This document shows positions 39,091 through 48,830 of a stretch of 64,000 nt of DNA, piece by piece (the first letter of the stretch is position 1; each line of letters opens with the position of its first letter). The stretch comes from Coleofasciculus sp. B1-GNL1-01 (GTDB lineage Bacteria > Cyanobacteriota > Cyanobacteriia > Cyanobacteriales > Coleofasciculaceae). The stretch is from the NCBI GenBank assembly GCA_040220235.1, contig JAVJTO010000030.1. One strand, 5' to 3'. The position numbers were made by a program, and so were the translations under genes. Under the pieces are notes generated by a model that was not told the origin of the DNA, did not search any database, and saw only the letters and a program-made list of their open reading frames with translations.

Positions 39091-42000
39091 TTAATCATCA
39101 AGTTGAGCTTGAATCCCTTGGATTCGAGACTCTAACCTATCACGCTGTTCCCTTTCGGGGCGAGTCATCGGCACCAACGCTAATCCCTGTTGTAACAACT
39201 CCCTCGCCCGGTCAAAATTACCATCAGCCAGTTCTAATTCGGCTAAATCCACACAGGCGCGAAGATTAATAGTCTGGTTCAGGGAGTTTTCAAAACAGGT
39301 GCGGGCTTCAGTCGGGTTCTGCATCGCATCTCGGTAGAAGCAGCCAAACTCATACCAGAAGTGACCGTTTTTTTGATTATCAAACTTAATCGCTTGCTGG
39401 AAATGTTTGATGGCTTGTTGGTAAACCTTCCGCCCTTTGCTACTATAATTGTGACCTTGGGCTTGATAGCACCGCGCCATGTACCAGTGAGCAACGCAAT
39501 GTTTGGGGGTTTTCGTCAGGGTAGGTTGGAGATAATCCATGACTGTGTAGGGATCTGGGGGTTGGCGTAGTAGCAAGAGAAAGGCATAGTTTAATGAGGC
39601 GAAGTTAACTGTTTTCTGGAGATCATCGCCATACTTCTTGATTCGGAATTTAGCAGATTTGATGGTTCTTTGATAAATTTCTGTAGCTTTATCTAACTCA
39701 CCACAGTCTCGAAAGAAGTTCGCCGCATAGATAACGCTTTGCCACTGCGATGTATGGAGTCGAGACTGGCTAATCAAATCAGCTAATCGATAGCAGGTTT
39801 CATAATCTAAATCATTTTGAAAGTAGCCAAAAATAAGACAGATAATGGTTGCATCTTTGGGGTACTGCTGCAAAACAAGATTGACAGCTTTTTGAATCAG
39901 TCGAGGTTGGGCATGATAATATAGGACAGGTAAAAATGCAGTCCATAAAGATTGGTCTACTTGTGCTTGCTGACTAATCCATTGCCATTGCTGGATGATA
40001 ATAGGCTCAATGTCGATGATGTCTTTGCCAGCCTTTCCAACTACAGCTAAGTAGGTTGTGCGAACTTCATGATCATCAGGATATAGTTGCAACCAAGTAG
40101 TAGTTAGAGCGATCGCCTCTTGCTTCTGTTGAGTTGTCCCACACTGCCCAATCAGTGCCAGATATTGAGTACGAACATTGGTATCATCAGGATGCAGTTG
40201 CAGCCAAGAAGAAGTTTGAGCGATCGCCTCCTGCTTCTGCTGAGATGTCCCACATTGCCCAATCAGTGCTAGGTATTTTTCACGAACAGTAATATCATCA
40301 GGATGCAGTTGCAGCCAAGTAGTAGTTAGAGCGATCGCCTCCTGCTTCTGTGGAGGTGTCCCACACTGCTCAATCAGTGCTAGGTATTTTCTGCGAACTT
40401 CACGATCATAAGGATGCAGTTGCAGCCAAGTAGTAGTTAGAGCGATCGCCTCCTGCTTTTGTAGAAGTGTCCCACACTGCTCAATCAGTACCAGGTATTG
40501 AAAACCCGAATGAGCGATCGCTTCTTGCTTTTGTCGGGTTGTGCCAAACTGCCCAATCAGTGCCAGGTATTTTCTGCGAACATGAGAATTATCAGGATGC
40601 AGTTGTAGCCAAGAGGAAGTTAGAGCGATCACCTCCTGCTTCTGTGGAGATGTCCCACATTGCCCAATCAGTGCCAGATATTGAGTGCGAACCCAGGAAT
40701 CATCAGGATGTAGTTGCAGCCAAGAGGAAGTTTTAGCGATCGCCTCCTGCTTCTGTTGAGATGTCCCAAACTGTCCAATCAGTGCTAGGTATTTGGTGCG
40801 AACCCAGGAATCATCAGGATGCAGTTGCAGCCAAGAGGAAGTTTTAGCGATCGCGTTCTGCTTTTGTTGAGATGTCCCAAACTGCCCAATCAGTGCTAGG
40901 TATTGAGTACGAACATATGTATCATCAGGATGCAGTTGCAGCCAAGAGGAAGTTAGAGCGATCGCCTCTTGCTTCTGTTGGTTCGTCCCCAACTGCCCAA
41001 TCAGTGCTAGGTATTTGGTGCGAACATGAAAATCATCAGGATGTAGTTGCAGCCAAGAGGAAGTTAGAGCGATCGCCTCCTGCTTTTGCTCATTTTTACC
41101 ACGCCTTTGTATCAGAGACAGCCAATAAACCCACTCTGATGAACTTTGTGGTTCAGTGGATAAAATTGCATCCAAGCAGCGATCGCGTTCCGACAGTAAA
41201 CCTACAGATTCATACATCTTTGACCATGTAAACCATCCACTAACCCCACTCTTATGCTGTAGAGATTGAATCTGGTTGGAATAGTCATCCACAACCTGAC
41301 GGACAAGAGTCACTTCACCATTCACAGCCAAAAGTCTCAATCCATGATACGCCCAGCGTTGATGAGTTTCTTTAGTTGCCTTTAAAGCCGGAATTGCCGC
41401 TCTTAAATAGTCTTCTAATAAATTAGGAGAATAGGGTAGATTCTCGCCCCGACTGCGCGGGTACTTCACCGTCATCGCTGTTTGGGCAATGAGTTCGTGA
41501 ATTGTTGCAAACCCATCATATCCAGCCTTCCAGATTATATTCACCAAGCCCTTTAATTCGGCATCTCTGGCAAAATCCACCACATCCCGCACCGCTTTTT
41601 TAGAATAGTTCGGCAAACACAACGGCAACACTCCCGTAGGTGTAATAATGCTGTATTGATAAAAACTGCAAATCACGCCAAAAACTTGATAAACCGGATA
41701 ATCCTCATCACTGGGCAAACGCCTAATCACATCCGCCACAATTAAATCAAAGGGTTTCCCTTCCGATAGCTGTAACATCAGTACCAACATTGAAGGCGCA
41801 GCCATTAACTGTTTCCGTTCTGCTGCTGCCATTTTCTCTAATCGGGCTTTGGCTTCCCCATCTTCCTGACAAATCCGATCCAAAATTCGCTGTTTTTCCT
41901 GAGATTCTGGCAAGGGAGATAATTCTAAATCCAGGGATTCAATCCGATATCCCCGCAACCGTAACTTGTCCTGCTGATCTTCATTCAACCGCGTTGTGCC

Positions 42001-42879
42001 AATTACCGTTAGCGGAAACTGTAACTCATTATTCTCCAACTCCTCCAGAATCGAATCATCCCGAAACACGTCATCGGCGATTAAATAAAAATGCTGATGA
42101 ATTTGCTCAGAAAACTCCCATAATGGGTCTAACCAGTAGGGTTCTTCTCGCTTTTTCTGCAACACCAGCCGATGTTGACCCGATAACTCATACGCCAACC
42201 ATTGCATCAGCGCCGTTTTCCCCGCCCCCGGTTGTCCCCGAATCAGCAACAGGGAAATCCCCGAATAGTTTGCCAACGCTTCAGCCTGGGCGAAAACCTC
42301 CCCTTGTTGATCCCGATCAATATAATTCCCTTGGGTAATCAACGACCAATTTTTAGACACAGAGGGTAATTTCAGGATGCGCGTCTCTCCCCCACGCCGC
42401 TTATGAAAGAATTTCTGATCCAACAAATCAAACTCAGGCGGGACAACCTTCCGCACCTGTCCCCAGGGATCGTTACCCTGGCGAGTTTGCGTCTGGCGTC
42501 GTTGGGTATCGCATTCTGCATCAAACCGAATCAGATTTTTCTGCTTGTCAGTCTCCCAGAGACGAATCGTTAGCTGCTGTGTCGAACCCTGCTGATTGTC
42601 TGGACGCTGAACGATCCCGAAACCCTCTAGAAACTTGATCGCTGATTCAACTTTGGCGTAAGTCAACCCACCCTCAGCCTGATCATTTTCGGTCAATTCC
42701 ACCAGAGAGTTAATCGTATAAGTGACAAACAATCCCGGCGGATCAGTTTGAGGGCGAACAGTCAGAGGTTTCTTCGTGGAATTTTGCCTCTCTAAGGTTC
42801 CATCAGCGACATCCAGCAACGCCGCCAATATACGCTTGGCATTCTCCTGAACGATTCGACCTTTACTATACTCTGTCAT
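39091..42879 (-). CDS. STAND-like P-loop NTPase with a putative N-terminal wHTH, an array of 37-aa near-identical repeats and C-terminal TPRs
   Basis: GQPGAGKT Walker A; FYLIADD Walker B; ten KQEAIA..WLQLHPDD..VR..YLALIGQ.G repeats; TPR-like C-terminus (AIKHFQQAIKFD, WYEFGCFY). Confidence 0.85.
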   Translation of the reverse strand: MTEYSKGRIVQENAKRILAALLDVADGTLERQNSTKKPLTVRPQTDPPGLFVTYTINSLVELTENDQAEGGLTYAKVESAIKFLEGFGIVQRPDNQQGSTQQLTIRLWETDKQKNLIRFDAECDTQRRQTQTRQGNDPWGQVRKVVPPEFDLLDQKFFHKRRGGETRILKLPSVSKNWSLITQGNYIDRDQQGEVFAQAEALANYSGISLLLIRGQPGAGKTALMQWLAYELSGQHRLVLQKKREEPYWLDPLWEFSEQIHQHFYLIADDVFRDDSILEELENNELQFPLTVIGTTRLNEDQQDKLRLRGYRIESLDLELSPLPESQEKQRILDRICQEDGEAKARLEKMAAAERKQLMAAPSMLVLMLQLSEGKPFDLIVADVIRRLPSDEDYPVYQVFGVICSFYQYSIITPTGVLPLCLPNYSKKAVRDVVDFARDAELKGLVNIIWKAGYDGFATIHELIAQTAMTVKYPRSRGENLPYSPNLLEDYLRAAIPALKATKETHQRWAYHGLRLLAVNGEVTLVRQVVDDYSNQIQSLQHKSGVSGWFTWSKMYESVGLLSERDRCLDAILSTEPQSSSEWVYWLSLIQRRGKNEQKQEAIALTSSWLQLHPDDFHVRTKYLALIGQLGTNQQKQEAIALTSSWLQLHPDDTYVRTQYLALIGQFGTSQQKQNAIAKTSSWLQLHPDDSWVRTKYLALIGQFGTSQQKQEAIAKTSSWLQLHPDDSWVRTQYLALIGQCGTSPQKQEVIALTSSWLQLHPDNSHVRRKYLALIGQFGTTRQKQEAIAHSGFQYLVLIEQCGTLLQKQEAIALTTTWLQLHPYDREVRRKYLALIEQCGTPPQKQEAIALTTTWLQLHPDDITVREKYLALIGQCGTSQQKQEAIAQTSSWLQLHPDDTNVRTQYLALIGQCGTTQQKQEAIALTTTWLQLYPDDHEVRTTYLAVVGKAGKDIIDIEPIIIQQWQWISQQAQVDQSLWTAFLPVLYYHAQPRLIQKAVNLVLQQYPKDATIICLIFGYFQNDLDYETCYRLADLISQSRLHTSQWQSVIYAANFFRDCGELDKATEIYQRTIKSAKFRIKKYGDDLQKTVNFASLNYAFLLLLRQPPDPYTVMDYLQPTLTKTPKHCVAHWYMARCYQAQGHNYSSKGRKVYQQAIKHFQQAIKFDNQKNGHFWYEFGCFYRDAMQNPTEARTCFENSLNQTINLRACVDLAELELADGNFDRARELLQQGLALVPMTRPEREQRDRLESRIQGIQAQLDD
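40030..41085 (-). repeat. Intragenic 111-bp tandem repeat array (9 full units plus one 72-bp truncated unit)
   Basis: Unit starts at 41085 and 40125 are 960 bp apart, which equals 8x111+72; 9 of 10 units contain a HIP1 GCGATCGC. Confidence 0.95.
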
Positions 42880-43062
42880 GCGTTGAACCCAGAGAGTTCT
42901 GTAAAACTTGATAACAACTTCAGGAAAACCGGAGGTGTTTTCCCTAACCGGAAGTGATAGAACTCCAAACCTAGTCTTTATTCTAAAGCCTTTACCCCAA
43001 GCCTGTTGCTTGCGGCTATCAACCGAACGATTTCATCGAACTGTAGCGTTCAAGGTTCGGTT

Positions 43063-43254
43063 ATGGGTTCAACCAAAAATTGTCGATGGATTCAACAATT
43101 AATCCAGGGGTTCAAACACTTGAATTCCCACGGATGGCTAATGATCATCATCAAGTTTCTGATTCCCTTCTTGATTGGATTGTTTTATCCCAATCTGGCG
43201 TTATTGATTGAAGTGTTAATTTTAAGTTGGGAACTGTGGGATAGTTTAAGGTAA
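43063..43254 (+). CDS. Small putative membrane protein divergent from the repeat NTPase
   Basis: 63-aa ORF from ATG 43063 with two hydrophobic segments (WLMIIIKFLIPFLIGLFY, LALLIEVLILSW). Confidence 0.45.
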   Translation: MGSTKNCRWIQQLIQGFKHLNSHGWLMIIIKFLIPFLIGLFYPNLALLIEVLILSWELWDSLR

Positions 43255-43490
43255 GCTGTTCGGCATTTAAACCATAATGTCAAGAATTGCGAAATCCTTG
43301 CCGTAGTGCGAGCATCTTGCTCGCTACATTGAGCATCTTGCTCGCTACATTGAGCATCTTGCTCGCTACCCATTCCCAATTTACAGCGCTTTTCAGGTTT
43401 ATGGAATACAAAATTGTATTGGCTTGCTTTTTAGCGCAATCATCGTCTGTAGTCTATTAACTTGAAAACTGCTGTAAATGCATGACAGCT
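43254..43490. mobile_element. MITE with internal 21-bp triplication and a nested MITE (43384-43474)
   Basis: Outer TA|AGCTGTTCGGCATTTAAA..TAAATGCATGACAGCT|TA; (GAGCATCTTGCTCGCTACATT) x3; inner TA|CAGCGCTTTCAGG..CTTGAAAACTGCTG|TA. Confidence 0.8.
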
Positions 43491-43817
43491 TAGTAGCGCG
43501 GCACAGTTTATTTGATGAATTAGATTCGGCTTGTAGTAGGGAACCTTAGCCCTAGATTCCGTTGGGTTTCCTGTCGTCAACCCAACCTACAACCTACCCC
43601 ACAATTTTAGCTATGTCAGTCCAGTAGTAGCGCGGCACACCTAATTTAGATTAGCCTTACATCCAGAAATCGTAGGGGCGCACGTCAGTGCGCCTGACAA
43701 AACCGTAAATTTTATTGTCTATTCCCATGAATGACTATTGCCCATTGCCTATTCCCTGTTCCCTAATCTCAACCGTTAACTCTACTTTTGCCCCACTACT
43801 GATCTATCAATATCAAT

Positions 43818-44627
43818 TTACCCCACCGCTAAAGGATTTAACCAGCGAATCATCTCTAATTTCAATCGATTTAAATCCCGATAAACCCCTTGCTTCATCC
43901 ACTGACCGATCGCATCAAATGGCGTGAAGGAATCTCCCGTTTTCCAATTGACATCTTGTCCCAACGGTGTTAAATGATTTCCCGGTAGCATTTGTAGCAC
44001 AACCATATTCGGAAATCGCTGTTGCAGCACAGGGGATAGGATTGCCGTTTGGTCAATCTCATCATTGATAAATTTAATCAGTAAATTGCGACGGATGGCG
44101 TATTGCTGGGCAATCAGATCATTCGTTTGTTGGGGTGAAGGAGTAAATTCAACGTCAAAGGCTGGCTTGATATTCAACTGCTTGAGGAATGTCAACTGAT
44201 CCAGCATATTGAACTGTTCCAGAAACGGAATCGCCTGTTTTGCTGGATAATTGTTGAAGGAAATCAAAATATTACCCGCCCGTTCCACGGAAAACAAACT
44301 GCCAATCAGCAGATGCAGTTTACACCCCATGCTATGTCCGACACCGTATATCGGTAAATACTGTTTCTTGAGTAGTCTTGTGGCTTTGAGGCGATCAAGG
44401 GTTGTCTCAAAACGGTTGAGGACTTCGCGGGCGATCGCAACGTGATCTAAGGTATTGAGAAACGGCGTCGCCACAACCAAATAACCCTGACGCCCTAATT
44501 GCTCAAGTAGCCAACGGTAGGTGACTTGGGGCGCAGCCGCAATAAATGCCCCACCCAAAAAATGCACAATGCCAACGGGACGAGACGGAATTAAAACCCA
44601 GCTACCAGATAGTTCTTGCCAGTCCAT
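43818..44627 (-). CDS. DUF1350 family alpha/beta-hydrolase-like protein
   Basis: MDWQELSGSWVLIP..HFLGGAF..GVGHSMGCKLHLL..GNHLTP. Confidence 0.85.
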   Translation of the reverse strand: MDWQELSGSWVLIPSRPVGIVHFLGGAFIAAAPQVTYRWLLEQLGRQGYLVVATPFLNTLDHVAIAREVLNRFETTLDRLKATRLLKKQYLPIYGVGHSMGCKLHLLIGSLFSVERAGNILISFNNYPAKQAIPFLEQFNMLDQLTFLKQLNIKPAFDVEFTPSPQQTNDLIAQQYAIRRNLLIKFINDEIDQTAILSPVLQQRFPNMVVLQMLPGNHLTPLGQDVNWKTGDSFTPFDAIGQWMKQGVYRDLNRLKLEMIRWLNPLAVG

Positions 44628-44895
44628 AGGAAGAGAGGGAAGTTCTTATATTTTTATATTGTGACGTACTCTTGGCGAGGTGGCGCTGCATATACCATGT
44701 CCGGTTGAGTACCTATACCTCGTTGCCTTCTAACGTGTCATTGGACAGCGTTGCCAAGAATCTCAGCGATATCATCGAGTTTGATTTATATATTTAATGA
44801 GAAATTGTTATCGGATAATGATTCCATAATTGGATCAGGTCTGTACACTGTTAGATAAGCTTTTTGTCCCTGATTAGACATATCCCTTAGCAATC

Positions 44896-45306
44896 ATGAT
44901 TAAATCCAAACTGGTTTTCACAAGCCTCCTGTCTACCGTAACCGTTACAGGTAGCCTATTCCTGGCAACGATTAGCCCCACTCAAGCCATCCCTTGTGCG
45001 TTTGGCAAAAAGGGTGTTTCCCAAAATGTTTCTGGAGAATCTCCTAGTCTCGTTGGCGATAAAATCAACTTCTACAAAAAATTCGGCATTGCTGGTGTTG
45101 GTATCGCCGCCGTAGCCGGAGGGTTAGTCGCTGTGAAAAAATTCAAAGCCCGCCAGAACCAACCCACTGAAGCGATTATCACAGAGACACCCTCATCGGA
45201 AGTCTTTGAACCCTATAACTTTGCTATCCCTGTTTCTCCAGAAGCGTTAGCTGCTTCAACTCCTGAAGCCGAGGAGTCTGAGCAGGATCTGACCTCCATA
45301 AGCTAA
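44896..45306 (+). CDS. Hypothetical membrane-anchored protein
   Basis: Signal-like N-terminus (TQA cleavage), a TM segment and an acidic tail. Confidence 0.7.
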   Translation: MIKSKLVFTSLLSTVTVTGSLFLATISPTQAIPCAFGKKGVSQNVSGESPSLVGDKINFYKKFGIAGVGIAAVAGGLVAVKKFKARQNQPTEAIITETPSSEVFEPYNFAIPVSPEALAASTPEAEESEQDLTSIS

Positions 45307-45399
45307 TTCAACTGGGTGAATGTTAGCTAAGGTGGGCAAGCGATAGACTGATTAACTCGGTTCATTAGCCTTGCTCACCCTACAGTCTCCTTAGACTTA

Positions 45400-45550
45400 T
45401 AGCAGTACTAAGACAGGGCGTGGACATTCTTTACTGTTCCCTGTTCCCTGTGACACACCGAGCGTGTTACCGAGCGGAGTCGAGGTAAGTCGAGGTGTTC
45501 CCTGTTCCCTTTTGGACTAACTGATGTCCTTTCCATACCCCATAGTGCTA
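45400..45550. mobile_element. MITE (TAGC..GCTA termini) with internal heptamer repeats
   Basis: TA|TAGCAGTACT..GGACAT ... ATGTCC..ATAGTGCTA|TA; similar in layout to 8594-8696. Confidence 0.6.
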
Positions 45551-45661
45551 TATGACTCACCTCCCAGATAGATATGACTGGTTAATCACGCTAGAGAAAT
45601 AATGCAAAATTTGCGCGAGTTGATACCCTAGAGGTGTTGACCAACTCCAAGGAAAATAAAT

Positions 45662-46090
45662 ATGGCACAAGCGAAAGTGGGTGATACCGTCAAAATTCAC
45701 TACACAGGTAAACTAAAGGACGGTACGGTCTTTGATTCTTCCCTGAGTCGCGAACCGATAGAATTCACCATTGATGCTGGACAGGTCATTCCAGGTTTCG
45801 AGCAAGCCGTTGTGGGTATGACGCCTGGGGATTCCAAAACCGAAATGATTCCCATGGATAAAGCTTATGGTCCCCATCGCTCAGAAATGGTACTGGAGGT
45901 GACACGAGACAAAATGCCCCCAGACTTGAATCCCGAAATCGGTCAGCAATTACAAATTCAACAACCCAACGGGCGAGTTATTCCCGTGGTGATTACCGAT
46001 GTCACCGACTCGAATGTGAGATTAGATGCCAATCATCCTCTAGCAGGACAAGACTTAACGTTTGAGATTCAGTTAGTGGACATTGCTTGA
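45662..46090 (+). CDS. FKBP-type peptidyl-prolyl cis-trans isomerase (SlyD/SlpA-like)
   Basis: [40 protein letters not shown]. Confidence 0.95.
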   Translation: MAQAKVGDTVKIHYTGKLKDGTVFDSSLSREPIEFTIDAGQVIPGFEQAVVGMTPGDSKTEMIPMDKAYGPHRSEMVLEVTRDKMPPDLNPEIGQQLQIQQPNGRVIPVVITDVTDSNVRLDANHPLAGQDLTFEIQLVDIA

Positions 46091-46209
46091 TCCAGGATTG
46101 TCTCAAAGAAGAGAGGGAGGAGAGAGTGCGTTGGGAATTGATCAACACAACTCATGTTGGCACTCTCTCTTTCTGCTAATAGGTCAGTCGCTATTTCCCT
46201 CAACATCCG

Positions 46210-47025
46210 CTAAGAACCCGACATTCCCCCCACACTAAAACTCGTCATTTCCAAGATTGCCCCACGTCGCTGCAAATCAAACTGGTTGGTTTCAGAGAGT
46301 CCCTCATTCTCTCCAAATCGAGCGTTCTCTACGTCGGTAATCTTCAGATCAACTTCCGTGAGATTGGTATTACTCAAATTGCTATAGCTTAAGTTCGCCC
46401 GATTCAAAGTAGCCTGAGTCAGATTAGCACCACTCAGATTCACACCAAACAGATCAGCACCACTGAGGTTAACCCGACTGAGATTGCTTCCTCTCAAATC
46501 AGCACCGCTGAGATTAGCGCCACTTAAGTTGGTATCGCTTAAGTCAGCACCAATTAAAAAAGCACCACTCAGATCAGCACCCACCATAATGGCTTCCTTG
46601 AGGATGGCTCCAAATAAGTTCGCACTACTTAAGTTCGCTCGACTGAGATTAACTTGAGTGAGATTAACTCGGCTGAGATTAACATCCGCTAAGTCAGCAT
46701 CCATGAGGTTCGCCTCAATCAAAGTCGCGCCTCTGAGATCAGCATTCATCAAGAAAGTACGGCTCAGGTTAGCTGCATTTAAATTGACACCGCTTAAGTT
46801 AGCCTGTTTCAGGTTAGCGCCACTAAGGTTGACTCGGCTGAGATCCGTGTTGCTCAAATTGGCGTCAATCAGTTGAGTACCCCTGAGATCAGCACCACTC
46901 AAATCAGCACCAATCAAGTCAGCACCGTTAAGATCAGCACCCATGAGATTGATCTTCCTGAGATTAGCACCCTGAAAATTCCGTTCCCTGGCTAGATAAC
47001 GCCGCAGGAGTTCGTTAGTATCCAT
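46210..47025 (-). CDS. Pentapeptide repeat protein
   Basis: MDTNELLRRYLARERNF followed by A(D/N)LSG repeats. Confidence 0.92.
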   Translation of the reverse strand: MDTNELLRRYLARERNFQGANLRKINLMGADLNGADLIGADLSGADLRGTQLIDANLSNTDLSRVNLSGANLKQANLSGVNLNAANLSRTFLMNADLRGATLIEANLMDADLADVNLSRVNLTQVNLSRANLSSANLFGAILKEAIMVGADLSGAFLIGADLSDTNLSGANLSGADLRGSNLSRVNLSGADLFGVNLSGANLTQATLNRANLSYSNLSNTNLTEVDLKITDVENARFGENEGLSETNQFDLQRRGAILEMTSFSVGGMSGS

Positions 47026-47560
47026 AATGTTTGGGGAAAACTGGAGTTGTACTATCAATTTCCCAAGGATTTCCCCCAGCATTGTGATGGGTGCTACCCC
47101 TCACCCCCACTAGAGCCAAATATGCTATGGATTACTCAATCAGACAAAAATTCATCAAATCTTTACACGCTTTTCATCATAGCTAAACATAAAAAGTCGT
47201 CCAAGGGTGCAAACTAGGTAAGTAAGGGAGCTTAAACGCATTCCAACGTGGTCGTTATTCTCCTGTTTAGTGTTTAGGTTGTTTGGGAATCCCCTAGCGG
47301 TGTCTTTGAGGCTCACCTAGGGGTTTTTTTTTAGGGTTTTTTTTTGGCGAGGGAAAGTAGATTGTCACCTCTTCAGGGGTTTACTATTCGACAGGGCAAA
47401 CCGCAAGCAGAGCCTTATGGGTTGGGTTCCGTTAATATTTATGAAGGATGCACGTTAGATGCACGTTATCCTGTTTCTCGAAGAACATCACTCTGGTTGT
47501 CCCTCTTATACTCTTCTGCTTTTGGTCAGAATCCGCCCAACCCAACATTTTGTTTCGTTC

Positions 47561-48409
47561 ATGAATGGTAACTCAATCCCAAACGACCAACCCGGGTGGT
47601 CACTCGATGAACGTGATCCCCAAACCATCCAATCTTTCATGCCCTTATGGGGATGGTTTTACCACTACTACTTTCGGGTGAAAACCGATGGCTGGCATCA
47701 CATTCCCGATCAGGATAACGCTTTGTTTGTGGGTTCTCACAATGGTGGACTTGTCGCGCCGGATATGATCATGGTCATGTATGACTGGTTTCGGCGTTTT
47801 GGTCCCGAACGTCCGGTTTATGGGCTAATGCATCCCAATGGCTGGAAATATGACCTAAATACGGCACGACTAGCGGCTAAGACAGGGGCAATTAGGACTC
47901 ATCCCAAAATGGCGATCGCGGCTTTGCGTCGAGGTGCTAGTGTCCTCGTCTACCCTGGGGGGGCACAGGATGTCTTTCGTCCCCATACCATGCGGAATAA
48001 AATCCATTTGGCGGGGCGTCAAGGGTTTATTAAGCTGGCATTACGGGAAGGTGTGCCGATTATACCCGTTATTTCCCACGGCGCTCATGATACATTGATT
48101 GTCTTGGCTGATTTTTACGATCAGATTCGACAACTGCACGATTGGGGATTGTTCCCTTGGTTATTTGGTCTTGATCCGGAAGTGTTTCCCATCTATTTAG
48201 GTTTACCCTGGGGATTAGCGATTGGACCTCTGCCCAATATTCCCTTACCTGTCCAAATTTACACTCGTATTTGTGCGCCGATTGTCTTTGAACGGTATGG
48301 TCGGGATGCAGCTAGCGATCGCGAATATGTCAATGCTTGCTATGAAAAAGTCTGTAGTCAGATGCAATGGGAACTTGATGGTTTAGTCAAGGTGGCGAGT
48401 AGAAGTTGA
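47561..48409 (+). CDS. Lysophospholipid/DGAT-like acyltransferase family protein
   Basis: GSHNGGLVAPD acyltransferase motif; VYPGG; GRQGFIKLAL. Start uncertain. Confidence 0.85.
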   Translation: MNGNSIPNDQPGWSLDERDPQTIQSFMPLWGWFYHYYFRVKTDGWHHIPDQDNALFVGSHNGGLVAPDMIMVMYDWFRRFGPERPVYGLMHPNGWKYDLNTARLAAKTGAIRTHPKMAIAALRRGASVLVYPGGAQDVFRPHTMRNKIHLAGRQGFIKLALREGVPIIPVISHGAHDTLIVLADFYDQIRQLHDWGLFPWLFGLDPEVFPIYLGLPWGLAIGPLPNIPLPVQIYTRICAPIVFERYGRDAASDREYVNACYEKVCSQMQWELDGLVKVASRS

Positions 48410-48626
48410 TCCGGCTGAGATGAACGAAGCGAAGGGACATGGGGGCTTTCACCTTCGCTATATTGTAAGAATTAACTGTAAATGGTCGGACACAAGAAAA
48501 CGGCACGCTCCGACAAGTGCAAGTAAATCGCCCTCAAACCCTTACTGTTCCCTGCCCGTGAGTTCCCTAATCTCCACCGTTTACTTTAATGCAAGTCCAC
48601 CTACTTATTAAGTTGAGGATAGTACC

Positions 48627-48830
48627 TTGAGTAATTCTACTGATCCGTCTCGATCCGTCTCTCGTCAGGATTTAGATTACTGGTTAGAACGTCAAACCGA
48701 ATACCAACAGACTCTTAATGTCATCGAATCAAGAGGAGAAAATAGTGAAAGTGTGTGGAAACTGAAAGGTAAGCTCGAAGCTGTAGGAGAAACGATCACT
48801 TACCTACAACGAAAGCTCAATAAAGTCTAG
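48627..48830 (+). CDS. Small hypothetical coiled-coil protein
   Basis: 67-aa ORF with GAGG upstream of a TTG start. Confidence 0.55.
   Translation: MSNSTDPSRSVSRQDLDYWLERQTEYQQTLNVIESRGENSESVWKLKGKLEAVGETITYLQRKLNKV

Noticed and set aside
40030..41085. CRISPR array or diversity-generating retroelement target
   Set aside because: The units are contiguous in-frame coding repeats without unique spacers. There are no cas genes, no reverse transcriptase and no separate template repeat in the window.
40467..42338. Plus-strand ORFs overlapping the repeat NTPase
   Set aside because: Antisense shadow frames; the minus-strand gene explains the sequence.
43310..43368. Mini-CRISPR from three 21-bp repeats
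   Set aside because: No spacers; it is a tandem amplification inside a MITE.
47390..47430. c-di-GMP-I riboswitch suggested by GGGCAAACC
   Set aside because: The GNRA-loop stem and the second conserved stem could not be identified.
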